In this document: in pieces, positions 10,820 through 20,090 of the stretch
Layout of the letters: each line of letters opens with the position of its first letter
Numbering within the stretch: position 1 is the stretch's first letter
Assembly (NCBI GenBank): GCA_964435435.1
Contig: CAYSZJ010000002.1
Coordinates: forward strand, 7,468-71,467
Origin: an uncultured archaeon
Lineage (GTDB): Archaea; Asgardarchaeota; Lokiarchaeia; Sigyniarchaeales; SOKP01
Direction: 5' to 3'
Length of the DNA: 64,000 nt
Position numbers and translations under genes: made by a program
The notes under the pieces: model-generated
Databases searched by the model: none
Told to the model about the DNA's origin: nothing
Seen by the model: only the letters and a program-made list of their open reading frames with translations

Positions 10820-11309
10820 ACTTTTATTTTATTAATTATAACATTCCGATTTCCCAATAATATCTAAAATTAAAGTTCAAATATTTAATGTTTAAAAATG
10901 TAAATCGGAGAAACGTTTCGAATAAGAAATCGTAATTTTTTGAATCTATAATATAAATCTGAAATCAAATTTGAAACTTTTGTTAATAATTTAATAAAAA
11001 AAAGATTATGTGCTTATTTAGTTTTTGTTTTTTAAGATTAATTAAAAAAAATTAAAAATTTAACTTAATTGATGTTCTTCTTTCAATTTTCCATAGAAAT
11101 CCAGTGGCTTAGGATTTCTTAGAGTAGTTATGGAGCAGTAATAATGGTGAATGCTTCTCTAAAAAAATAAGTTTAAATTATTCATTCAGATCTTTTTAAG
11201 ATTTAAAAAGAGAAAATCTTTTTCAAATAATTTCATTCTGGGAAAACTAAAAAACTAAAACTTTATTATTTCTAAATGGTTATTATTAAAATGTCTTTCT
11301 TAAAGAAAG

Positions 11310-11591
11310 ATGTATCTCAAAATCGAAAATTTGGTTTTAAAATTGGCAAAAGGAACAGTAAAATGGTTTAATAGCCGAAAAGGCTATGGATTTATAAATT
11401 CTGAAGAGGGAGCCGATATATTTGTGCATTACACTGCTCTAAGTGGGCGTGATGACGAATATGTAACTCTCCATGAAAATGATAAAGTTGAATTTGAAAT
11501 TGTTCAGGGTCAAAAAGGTCCTCAGGCTAGTGAAGTTGTGGTTATTGAAAAAGCACCAAGATCTGAATATAGCCGAGGTTACCGCATTTAG
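11310..11591 (+). CDS. csp: cold-shock domain protein (second copy)
   Basis: [15 protein letters not shown] and DIFVHYT. Nucleotide-level similarity to 9848-10117 includes the leader AAAATTGGTTTTAAAATTGG. The likely true start is the TTG giving MAKGTVKWF. Confidence 0.9.
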   Translation: MYLKIENLVLKLAKGTVKWFNSRKGYGFINSEEGADIFVHYTALSGRDDEYVTLHENDKVEFEIVQGQKGPQASEVVVIEKAPRSEYSRGYRI

Positions 11592-11632
11592 TCTAAACCA
11601 GGTTTATAAATCTTAAAAAAGAACAAATTAAA

Positions 11633-11700
11633 ATAAGAAGTAAATAATATCTAGTAAAAATATTTTTACATTTGTTATCGAACCTTATCTTTTTATTTTT
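11633..11700 (+). terminator. second copy of the conserved csp 3' hairpin and oligo-T element
   Basis: GTAAAAATATTTTTAC hairpin followed by TTGTTATCGAACCTTATCTTTTTATTTTT. Aligns with 10160-10227. Confidence 0.5.
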
Positions 11701-11779
11701 TTTATTGATATAGTTTACTTCAAGATATTTATTCCTTGAGAGTCTAAACGGTTGATGATTTTAAATATTATAATAAAGG

Positions 11780-11902
11780 ATAAATCTGGTGATTCTGGGT
11801 TTCTAAGAGCTCCACGGTTAGCCACTTCCGTTCCATGGATAATTTTTGTGACAGCAATTTCGACTTTCTTGTTGCTAAAGGTGTAAGGAACCCATCATTA
11901 TA
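11780..11902 (-). pseudogene. orphan 3'-terminal fragment of an acetoacetyl-CoA synthetase gene
   Basis: The minus strand reads VPYTFSNKKVEIAVTKIIHGTEVANRGALRNPES, against the intact neighbour's IPYTFSNKKVEIAVTKIFHGMAVANRGALRNPES (12752-12855). Most differences are synonymous. A 1-nt gap and a TGA lie at its 5' edge, and there is no start codon. Confidence 0.75.
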
Positions 11903-11952
11903 AAAATAGAATAAAAATTTTATAAGTATGAATTCTATTCATATTATAGGAA

Positions 11953-12192
11953 ATGGTAGAGAAAATAACAATTGAACTACCAGCTGACCTTCTTGAGTTA
12001 ACTGGTCTTAGTTCCATAAATCTTGAAGAAAAAAGTCTTTTAATTAGGATATTAGAAATATATGCGGAGGGTAAGATCACACTCTCCAAAGCGGCTAATC
12101 TTTTGAATATGAAGGTGGATGAATTTCTATTGGAATTTTATAAACGCCATTTTCGACATATTGGAGGCCCTGATTCCATAAAAGAAGCTTAA
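11953..12192 (+). CDS. UPF0175-family antitoxin-like protein
   Basis: 79-aa ORF. The pattern ..EEKSLLIRILEIYAEGKITLSKAANLLNMKVDEFLLEF is typical of UPF0175. It sits directly upstream of a PIN/DUF3368-type ORF. Confidence 0.65.
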   Translation: MVEKITIELPADLLELTGLSSINLEEKSLLIRILEIYAEGKITLSKAANLLNMKVDEFLLEFYKRHFRHIGGPDSIKEA

Positions 12193-12239
12193 AAGGAGCT
12201 TGATGTAGTTCAAAAATTAGCAGATGACAAGTAATATTT

Positions 12240-12692
12240 ATGATTATCCTTGATAATAGCGTATTAAGCTCATTTAAACGTCTTGAGCTCCTTTCTCATC
12301 TAAAAAAACTTATATCATCTGCAATGATCTCGAAAGAAGTTTTGAATGAATATACAGAGCAATGGCAGAAGACAATTCCAAATTGGATCAAGATTATGCA
12401 ACCAAGCGAGGATATAATATTGGAATCAACTCCTATCTCTTTAAGTCCTGCGGACTTAAGTCTTATAAGATTAAGTTTAGAATATAAAACCCTATCGCTT
12501 CAGATGATAAAAACTTACGTCAATTTGCTAAGAATTTAGGGATTTTATATTACGGGATCCCTTGGTTTATTAAAATCTCTCTATCAAAATAAAATTATTA
12601 AGACAAGAGAAGAATATGCATCTTTCTTGGATTCGCTTAAGAAAGATATTTACATATCTGATGAGCTCATGAAGTGGGCATTGGAAGAGTAA
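12240..12692 (+). pseudogene. PIN-like (COG2405/DUF3368) toxin gene with two compensating frameshifts
   Basis: Frame 0 gives MIILDNSVLSSFKRLELL..LEYK and later GSLGLLKSLYQNKII..MKWALEE. The most conserved family segment, PIASDDKNLRQFAKNLGILYYG, is encoded at 12488-12556 in another frame. Frame 0 hits a TAG at 12537-12539. Confidence 0.7.
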
Positions 12693-12706
12693 AAAAAATA
12701 AATATT

Positions 12707-14710
12707 TTACAATTTGTGTAGTTTATCTTTAAGGTTTTCATAAAAATCTAAAGATTCTGGATTTCTTAAAGCTCCTCTATTAGCAACAGCCATTCCGTGA
12801 AAAATCTTTGTTACTGCTATTTCTACCTTTTTATTGCTGAAGGTATAGGGAATCCCATCTGGAGGAGCTTGAAGAATCAATTTAGGAACATGTCTTGGAG
12901 ACGTTTTTTCACGCAGAGTTTTTCTAATTTTTACTTTCAATTCGTCACTTAATTCATATCCTTCATTCAATAAAATAAACATTACAATTCGGATATCACC
13001 ACTGATCTTTTGTCCAATCACCAATGAATCTGCTACCTCCGGTAGTTGTTCCACAATATTGTAAATTTCGGCAGTTCCTATACGTACTCCACTTGGTTTA
13101 AGTACAGCATCAGATCGACCCCAAAAAGTAATTCCGCCTGTATCACTATGAATTACAATATAATCTCCATGCCTCCATACATTCTTTCCTATGTCTTTGA
13201 AATGATCAAAATATGCTATTTTATATTTTGACATATTCTCATCATCTTCCCAAAAGTAAATGGGCATTGAGGGAGAGGGAGCCTCACATACAAGTTCAGC
13301 TTGTTCATCAAGGACTGGTTCGGCATTATCATTATACGATTGCACTTTCATCCCTAAAGATTTACCTTGGAGCTCTCCAGAATAAACAGGTTGTATTGGT
13401 AAAGCACATGCAAAACAGCCATTAATATCTGTTCCTCCACTTATTGAATTGAAATAGAGATCTTTTTTAATTTCTCTGTATACATATTCAAATCCTTCAG
13501 GTGAGAGTGTTGATGCTGTTTGAGAAATTTCTCGAAGTGAACTTAAATTATATTTTTCAGCAGGTTTAGCACCTATACCCATTAGATGATGGATATACGA
13601 CGCGCTTGTCCCAAATATTGAGATTTTATATTTTTCCATTAGTTCAAACATACGCAGGGGATCAGGATAAAGTGGGTTCCCATCATAAAGAAATATAGTT
13701 GCTCCAACAGCTAAAGAGCTGATTAACCAATTCCACATCATCCATGAGGGAGCAGTTATATAATTTATTACATCTGAACGTTTAAGATCGGTTGATAAAA
13801 CTAGTTCTTTTAAGTGATTTATTAAGACCCCACCTGCTCCTTGAACCATACACTTTGGCTTTCCTGTAGTACCTGATGAAAACATAATATAAACAGGATG
13901 ATCAAAAGGTAATTGCTCAAAGTGAAGTTCTATCTCTTCTTCTTTTGATAGAAAGTCATCCCAGTGAACAGCATTTGGAATGTTACTAATATCTGGTTTT
14001 CCATCAGAAACATATGAAACAACGATAACTTTTTCAATCGATGGAATTGCGTCAACAACTTCTTTAATATTACTAATAGTCTCAAAAATTTTATCTCTAT
14101 AATAATATCCATCAACAGTGAATAAAACTTTTGGTTCAATCTGCCCAAATCGATCTATTACTGCACTTGCTTGTAATTCTGCTCCGCAAGATGCCCAAAT
14201 AGCACCAATCGTTGTGGCGGCTAACATGGCTGTGGGTGTTTCGATCAAATTTGGGATGTATGATACAACTCTATCACCAACTTTAACTCCTATTTCACGA
14301 AGAGATTTAGCTAGTCGGGCAACTTCTTTATTTAAATTTGCATAAGAAATTAATTCTGTTTTTTTAGTTTCACCTTGGAATATAAATGCAAATTGGTCAT
14401 CCTTATATTTTAAAAGATTTTCGGCAAAGTTAAGTTTAGCTCCAGGGAACCATTTTATACCTGGAAATACATTTAAATCATCAACTACTTTATCATATTT
14501 CTTAGATGTTATTATCCCTCCAAAATCCCACATTGCAGCCCAGAAATTGGGAATATTTTCAACTGACCATCTATATAGTTCTTTACCTCCCTTAATATTT
14601 TGTCCGTATTCCTTATTAACAAAATCAATAAATTTAGTAACTTCCGCATTTTTTATCCATTTTTTCGAAGGTTCCCAGAGTTTTTTTCTAATAGTGCTCA
14701 TATTTTTCAC
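12707..14710 (-). CDS. acetoacetyl-CoA synthetase (acetoacetate-CoA ligase, AMP-forming)
   Basis: 667-aa ORF. N-terminus LWEPS..W..FW and AMP-binding motif IMFSSGTTGKPKCMV. Length and C-terminus are typical of the AACS family. Confidence 0.85.
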   Translation of the reverse strand: MKNMSTIRKKLWEPSKKWIKNAEVTKFIDFVNKEYGQNIKGGKELYRWSVENIPNFWAAMWDFGGIITSKKYDKVVDDLNVFPGIKWFPGAKLNFAENLLKYKDDQFAFIFQGETKKTELISYANLNKEVARLAKSLREIGVKVGDRVVSYIPNLIETPTAMLAATTIGAIWASCGAELQASAVIDRFGQIEPKVLFTVDGYYYRDKIFETISNIKEVVDAIPSIEKVIVVSYVSDGKPDISNIPNAVHWDDFLSKEEEIELHFEQLPFDHPVYIMFSSGTTGKPKCMVQGAGGVLINHLKELVLSTDLKRSDVINYITAPSWMMWNWLISSLAVGATIFLYDGNPLYPDPLRMFELMEKYKISIFGTSASYIHHLMGIGAKPAEKYNLSSLREISQTASTLSPEGFEYVYREIKKDLYFNSISGGTDINGCFACALPIQPVYSGELQGKSLGMKVQSYNDNAEPVLDEQAELVCEAPSPSMPIYFWEDDENMSKYKIAYFDHFKDIGKNVWRHGDYIVIHSDTGGITFWGRSDAVLKPSGVRIGTAEIYNIVEQLPEVADSLVIGQKISGDIRIVMFILLNEGYELSDELKVKIRKTLREKTSPRHVPKLILQAPPDGIPYTFSNKKVEIAVTKIFHGMAVANRGALRNPESLDFYENLKDKLHKL

Positions 14711-14874
14711 GAATTATAACTATTATACAATAATTTATAATTATATTGCTCTAAATATAATTTTAAGATGTACTAATGCAAGTACATAATAATCATTAAA
14801 ATAAGAATGGTTTGGTATAGGAAATTTAAATATTAAAAATATTTTATTACTGTTTTTTAAATCCTAAATTAATA

Positions 14875-16359
14875 TTATACTACAATTTTTTTCAGATATT
14901 CAACATATTCACATACTTTTGCAAGAGCATTTACCGGTCTATCCCATAATTTGAAGAGTATTGCTCCATTTTTTCTTAGTCTTTTAGACCAAGGACTTGT
15001 AAAACTCATTGGATTAATATATAATATTGGCATCGAATATTTTTTTGAATTTTCTATAATTGGTTTTAATAATGTATTTGCTAAACCATCCATAACCTCA
15101 TCTGGTTGATGTGTAAAGTTAGCATTTTCAGCAATTTTAGCATTTTGAAGATAATCATCCATAACATCCTGAAATCCAACAACACCGTATTGAATTATAG
15201 CATCAATCTCACCAGATTTCATTAAAATTTCAGGTAAGTTAATATAAAAATAGGGCAAATTTGTATCAAAAGCACAATCTACAGGGTTCTTAAAACTTGC
15301 ATTTGAAGGAAGGATTTCTTTTAATTGTTCTTGAAGCGTATCCGAGAATTCAGGCACCTTTAAACCTTTTCTTTCTGCATTATTAGCGACCATTGCTCCA
15401 GGACCTCCCGAATTTGTAATAATCCCTAATCTCTTCCCTTTTGGTAATATTCCTTTTGATAATATTAAAGCGATATCTAAAAACTCTTGGACATAATCTG
15501 TTTTAATAATTCCCGTTTCTTTAAAAACTGCTTCATAAATTTTAGCATCACCCGCCAATGATCCTGTGTGACTTTTAAGAGCACGATTTCCTGCTTCAGA
15601 ACCACCAACATATATTACTATGATAGGTTTTTTAGGAGTGATTTCTTTTGCTAATTCAAGAAACTTTTTACCACGTTTCAATTCTTCAATATACAAACCT
15701 ATAACTTTAGTATCATCATCATCTTTATAATATTCCAAACATTCTACCACATCGATATTTGCTTCATTTCCAACAGATATCGACTTACTTAAACCTAAAT
15801 CTAAATTTACAGGGTCAAACCAGATATGACTTGAAAGCGTTCCGCTTTGAGATGCAATAGAAAAGTTTCCCTTTTTTAAAAACTCCCATATCGCAATATT
15901 GAATGCTTTATTTTCTTCCCTTAAACCATACCAGTTATTGAAGACGCCCAAACAGTTTGGTCCTATGAATCGCATCCCATAATGATTAGCAATCTCTTTG
16001 ATTTCTTCAGTGAGGGTGTTTTTTCGATCCCCTACTAATTCTCTGAAACCTCCAGAAATTACAATTATCTTCTTTACGCCTTTTTCACCACATTCTCTAA
16101 AGATTTGAGGAATAACTTTAGCGGGGGGTACAATAATTACGAGATCAGGTATCTTAGGAATATCAGTGATGGATTTATATGCCTTAAACCCCATTACCGA
16201 TTCTAATTTTAAGTGTATTGGAAATATATCACCATCATATCCAGATTTAATTAAATTCATAATTTGAATAGCAGCTAATGAATTGCCTTTATTATTAGCA
16301 CCATAAAATACTACACTCTGTGGATTTAAGAATTCATGTAAAAAATGATGTTTACTCAT
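14875..16359 (-). CDS. CoA-binding / succinyl-CoA-synthetase-like protein (ADP-forming acyl-CoA synthetase alpha-type)
   Basis: 494-aa ORF. FLNPQSVVFYGAN..PDLVIIVPPAKVIPQIFRECGEKGVKKIIVISGGFRE and GPNCLGV match the ACD alpha architecture. Confidence 0.75.
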   Translation of the reverse strand: MSKHHFLHEFLNPQSVVFYGANNKGNSLAAIQIMNLIKSGYDGDIFPIHLKLESVMGFKAYKSITDIPKIPDLVIIVPPAKVIPQIFRECGEKGVKKIIVISGGFRELVGDRKNTLTEEIKEIANHYGMRFIGPNCLGVFNNWYGLREENKAFNIAIWEFLKKGNFSIASQSGTLSSHIWFDPVNLDLGLSKSISVGNEANIDVVECLEYYKDDDDTKVIGLYIEELKRGKKFLELAKEITPKKPIIVIYVGGSEAGNRALKSHTGSLAGDAKIYEAVFKETGIIKTDYVQEFLDIALILSKGILPKGKRLGIITNSGGPGAMVANNAERKGLKVPEFSDTLQEQLKEILPSNASFKNPVDCAFDTNLPYFYINLPEILMKSGEIDAIIQYGVVGFQDVMDDYLQNAKIAENANFTHQPDEVMDGLANTLLKPIIENSKKYSMPILYINPMSFTSPWSKRLRKNGAILFKLWDRPVNALAKVCEYVEYLKKIVV

Positions 16360-16466
16360 ATCCTCTCACTTGCTTTTAAGAATATTACATGATTTTAAAA
16401 TCTAAATTTTACTTTAAATCTAAAAGTTAAAATAAGATTAATAAAAAAAAAATAACTAATTCTTAA

Positions 16467-16784
16467 TTATTCTTCTTCTGCTTCCGCAGCTTTTCTGGCA
16501 ATTTTTAATTTAATTTTATCCCAAACTTTATCAATCGCCTTTTCAACAGCTTTATCTGCTAATTTCTTAACAATATCAGTATCTAATTGAGGTTCAATCT
16601 GTTCCATTACCTGCTCATGAATCTTTCCTTTAATCTCATCTTCAACCATTTCTCCAATAGATGTATCTTCACTCATAGCTTCTGATATTTTATCGACTAG
16701 CTCCTTGATTTTTTCAATAATTGCAGGATCTAACCCTTTAACTTTAGGGATTTTAGGTTTTTTAGGAATTTTTAAGGGCGACAC
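16467..16784 (-). CDS. Lys/Glu-rich hypothetical protein
   Basis: 105-aa ORF with a GTG start and a charged helical composition. No family recognised. Confidence 0.4.
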   Translation of the reverse strand: MSPLKIPKKPKIPKVKGLDPAIIEKIKELVDKISEAMSEDTSIGEMVEDEIKGKIHEQVMEQIEPQLDTDIVKKLADKAVEKAIDKVWDKIKLKIARKAAEAEEE

Positions 16785-16917
16785 ATAATTTCACCATTTA
16801 GATATTAATAATTTTTAGATTTAGATTAAAACAGAAAATATGTTTAGTAATATTACATAAAATATTGTTCCTATTTAAATTTAAAATATATAGAATAATT
16901 ACGAAACAATTAAAAAA

Positions 16918-18088
16918 ATGATCACAAATATCCTTAAAACAAATGATTTTGAACCAATTCTTCTCACAAAAGCTAAAGTTTCGTGGATTTATTTGGGATG
17001 TAAATGGGAAAAGATATCTAGACTGCGAATCAGGTATGTGGTGTGTAAATTTAGGTCATAATCATCCAAAAATAATACACGCTATAAAAAAACAATTAGA
17101 TAAATTGATGCATCGAAATAAGGGTTTTCTGACTCCTATTACTCTTGAAGCTGCTGAAAAATTGTTGAAGTTTTTTCCAAATGAATATGATAGACTTACA
17201 TTTTTGAATAGTGGAAGTGAAGCAATAGAATTTGGAATTTGCTTTGCTAAAAAAGTAACTGGTCGCAATAAAATACTTTCTCTTCAAGATTCTTATTTGG
17301 GAGCTTATGGTATAGCAAAAAATTCATCATATACATCCTCAGAAGATCAAAAATTTAAAGTTCCTTATCCAATATGCGATTCAGAAAAATGTGACTGCCT
17401 TGAGAAATATAAACCTATAATTGATGAAGTTTTTCATAATTTTTCATCTGATATTGCATGTTTTGCTCTAGAACCAATAATGGTAAGTGGAGGTGTGTTA
17501 AAGCCATGTAAAAATTACATCCAATATATTTGTAATAAAATACATAATATTAGTGGTTTAGTTGTAATAGATGAGATAACAACTCGTATGGAAAGAGCAG
17601 GTCTTAAATTTGGATAAGAACTTTATGATATTGCTCCAGATGATGTTGTTCTTGGCAAAGCTTTAGGCAATGGGTATCCTGTAAGTGCAATTATAACTAA
17701 TTCTTCTTTGGAATCGAAATTAACATCATCTGAATTATATTATGCTCAATCTCATCAATTAGATCCATTAGGTGCTGCTGTTGTCAAATCTGTAATTGAG
17801 GTATTTACTGAAGAACAAATTATTGAAAAAAGTCAGCAAAAAATCCATAAATTTAATGAGTTCTTACAAACGCTCAATTACCCATTTATTAGGGATATAA
17901 GATCATATGGAATGATTTTTAGCATTCAGATCAAACCCTACAATGAGATGTCGGCTGAGGAATTAATCTTAAAAATAAAAAATCAATTACTTGATGCAGG
18001 AATAATAATTGGATTTAATTTAAGTAGAGCATTCATACGTCTATTATTTCCATTAAATATCCAAAACGTTGAAATAGAATTTTTATAA
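16918..18088 (+). pseudogene. class III aminotransferase pseudogene (frameshift, in-frame TAA, degenerate motif)
   Basis: MITNILKTNDFEPILLTKAKV is encoded from ATG 16918 in one frame and continues as RGFIWDVNGKRYLD in the next frame, with an extra nt near 16983. A TAA at 17615-17617 splits ..DEITTRMERAGLKFG*ELYDIAPDDVVLGKALGNGYP. The canonical TGxGRTG motif reads TRMERAG. Confidence 0.75.
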
Positions 18089-18182
18089 TAAAAAATGATT
18101 AAAATATTTGATTTAATCTGAATCATATGAATTTTAATATTTAGAAAGATTATTAACAATAATTAATACTAAAAAAAGGTTT

Positions 18183-18485
18183 GTGAATATGGGTGAAGAA
18201 GGAGAAGAAAAAGAAAATATCATAGATAAAATGAATTCTGCGTTTGTTGACTTTGTTGGTTCTGTTTTTGGAGATTCTGGAAAAGAATTTGTTGAAGAAA
18301 CTCAAGAAAAAATCAAAGATTTTTCGTCTGAGGCAATAGGTAAATTCATGGAATTTTCTGATTCTGTTATTGAACAATTAAATCTTCAAGATAATGAACA
18401 AGTTGTAAAAACGCGTGATAGTGTAGAGGATTTTTTAAAGCAAGCAGGTCTTCTTAAAGAAGATGAGGAAGAAGAAGAATTTTAA
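18183..18485 (+). CDS. acidic hypothetical protein
   Basis: 100-aa ORF, strongly acidic, ending KEDEEEEEF. No family recognised. Confidence 0.45.
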   Translation: MNMGEEGEEKENIIDKMNSAFVDFVGSVFGDSGKEFVEETQEKIKDFSSEAIGKFMEFSDSVIEQLNLQDNEQVVKTRDSVEDFLKQAGLLKEDEEEEEF

Positions 18486-18553
18486 TCATAATATTAACAT
18501 CTAATCTATTCCTATTTTTATTTATTTTTATCTGTAAAAAGAATTAGGCTTCT

Positions 18554-18811
18554 CTAAAGATTTAAGAGACTTGCCCCAGCATTTCGAAGAAAAGATTCAA
18601 CTTCTTCCATGGTTGCATTAAATAATTCAGAGATGACGGTTATTGATATTTCATCTCCCATTCCCATTTTTTTATAATCCTGAAATAATTTTATCCATGT
18701 CTCTTTTTGGGAGTACTTTTCTGGATGCTCTGCTTGGACATGAGCCCAATATGGATGTTGTAATTCAACTCCACAGTAAGGGCAAAACCGAGATTCTTCT
18801 TCGTGAGTCAT
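18554..18811 (-). CDS. small C2H2-type zinc-finger protein
   Basis: CPYCGVELQHPYWAHVQAEH has CxxC..HxxxxH spacing. Confidence 0.55.
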   Translation of the reverse strand: MTHEEESRFCPYCGVELQHPYWAHVQAEHPEKYSQKETWIKLFQDYKKMGMGDEISITVISELFNATMEEVESFLRNAGASLLNL

Positions 18812-18962
18812 ACAATTACCAATTTTCTTATGAAAATAAAATTTATTCTATTGAATAATTGTAATATACTGTCCTTAGTATAAAAAATTTTTAATTTCGA
18901 AAGGTAAAATCAGTTCATATTTTACTTTAAGGTTTCTTAAAAAAATAAAAAATTCTTTTAAA

Positions 18963-19480
18963 TCATTCCCATTTTCTTTTTAAATCTTTAGTTGTCATTT
19001 TTCTTACTTTATTCACTCCCCATACAACGAATTTATAACATTTTTTTTCCAAGTGCCTGCTTCACGATATTCCTTGAATCCCTCTGGTGTGCTAAAATCA
19101 AATCCACAGAGTTCAGCACAAACTACACTACCAAACTCTTTCTCAAATTCTGAAGCATATTTCGCAGCTTTTAAATATGCCATAGCCATTGTTGGATCAT
19201 CCATTCTTTCCTTTCCTCCCATAATTGCACCTATTGCAGCACAACCACCTGCAACAGCTCCACATGCTCCCATCCATCCTTTCTTAGATTTATAGCCTCC
19301 AAATCCACCTGCTAAAGGCATAGCAATATTATGAAACAGATAATTATCGACTCCAAGCACATCTAAAATATTTGTTAATGTCAATTCAGCACAATTTACC
19401 ATTTCTCTCATATTAGGAAGATTTTTATTTAATTCTTCAATCTTTTGATCGAATCTTTCATTAATGTTTTGTTTTGCCAT
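18963..19480 (-). CDS. C_GCAxxG_C_C family putative redox-active protein, frame-shifted at an A8 (T8 on the plus strand) homopolymer
   Basis: GACGAVAGGCAAIG and VCAELCG are present. The listed ORF ends ..GTWKKNVINSLYGE*. Removing one A from the run at 19041-19048 gives ..WKKKCYKFVVWGVNKVRKM.., which restores the final conserved Cys and a length like the 170-aa paralogue. Confidence 0.7.
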
Positions 19481-19495
19481 ATTAAATCCTCTATT

Positions 19496-20008
19496 TTATA
19501 AAGGTGGTTTAAAATCGTTATTTAAAATAATCTTGGTTGCTAGTCTCGCAACGTGGCCTACAAGTTTTGAACAATGTTCCATCATTCCTGATGCAAATGC
19601 TTCTTTAAATTCATTCTCATCCCAAAGATTAAAAGTTCTGCCCATGAATGACTCTTGTACATTATAGCATCTACAAGAACCATATTTTTCAATATACTGG
19701 TCATGCAACTTCTTAACAAGTCCATAAGATTTCATAGGCTTATACATATCTTTAAAATCTTTATATTCTCTACCGAATAGATATCCTATTACCATTGACG
19801 CTCCTACTAGTGCTCCACAAGATCCATCTCCTGTTAACCCTAATCCGTCAGCTAACCCACTTGCTGCTTTAAAAACATCGTCATTCCAAATACCTAAAGC
19901 CTCGAATATAGCTGCTATAGAAGTTTGAGCACAGCCAGTACATCGTTTCTCATATTTCTGTCCCAATTCAAAGGCTTTATTTAATATTTGCTCTTCAGAG
20001 TCTGTCAT
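19496..20008 (-). CDS. C_GCAxxG_C_C family putative redox-active protein
   Basis: CTGCAQTS, GSCGALVGASMVIG, CRCYN and EHCSKLVGHV follow the family's pattern. Confidence 0.8.
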   Translation of the reverse strand: MTDSEEQILNKAFELGQKYEKRCTGCAQTSIAAIFEALGIWNDDVFKAASGLADGLGLTGDGSCGALVGASMVIGYLFGREYKDFKDMYKPMKSYGLVKKLHDQYIEKYGSCRCYNVQESFMGRTFNLWDENEFKEAFASGMMEHCSKLVGHVARLATKIILNNDFKPPL

Positions 20009-20090
20009 AATTATAGTTAATTTATTAGTAAATAATGAATTTTTGGTTTATATAATAAATCCGAATATGCGGATTGATTCGGATTAAGTT

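Noticed and set aside
11090-11160. GAAATCC-N9-GGATTTC hairpin and relatively GC-richer stretch upstream of the second csp, considered as a tRNA or small RNA.
   Set aside because: There is no cloverleaf, no conserved T/D-loop motifs and no counterpart upstream of the first csp copy. Evidence is insufficient.
17615-17617. In-frame TAA in the aminotransferase as programmed read-through.
   Set aside because: The gene also has a frameshift and a degenerated active-site motif, so it is a pseudogene.
18183-18485. The C-terminal ...EEEEEF of the acidic protein as a tubulin-tail-like EEY/F motif.
   Set aside because: This is pure composition-based resemblance in a short acidic ORF, with nothing else to support it.
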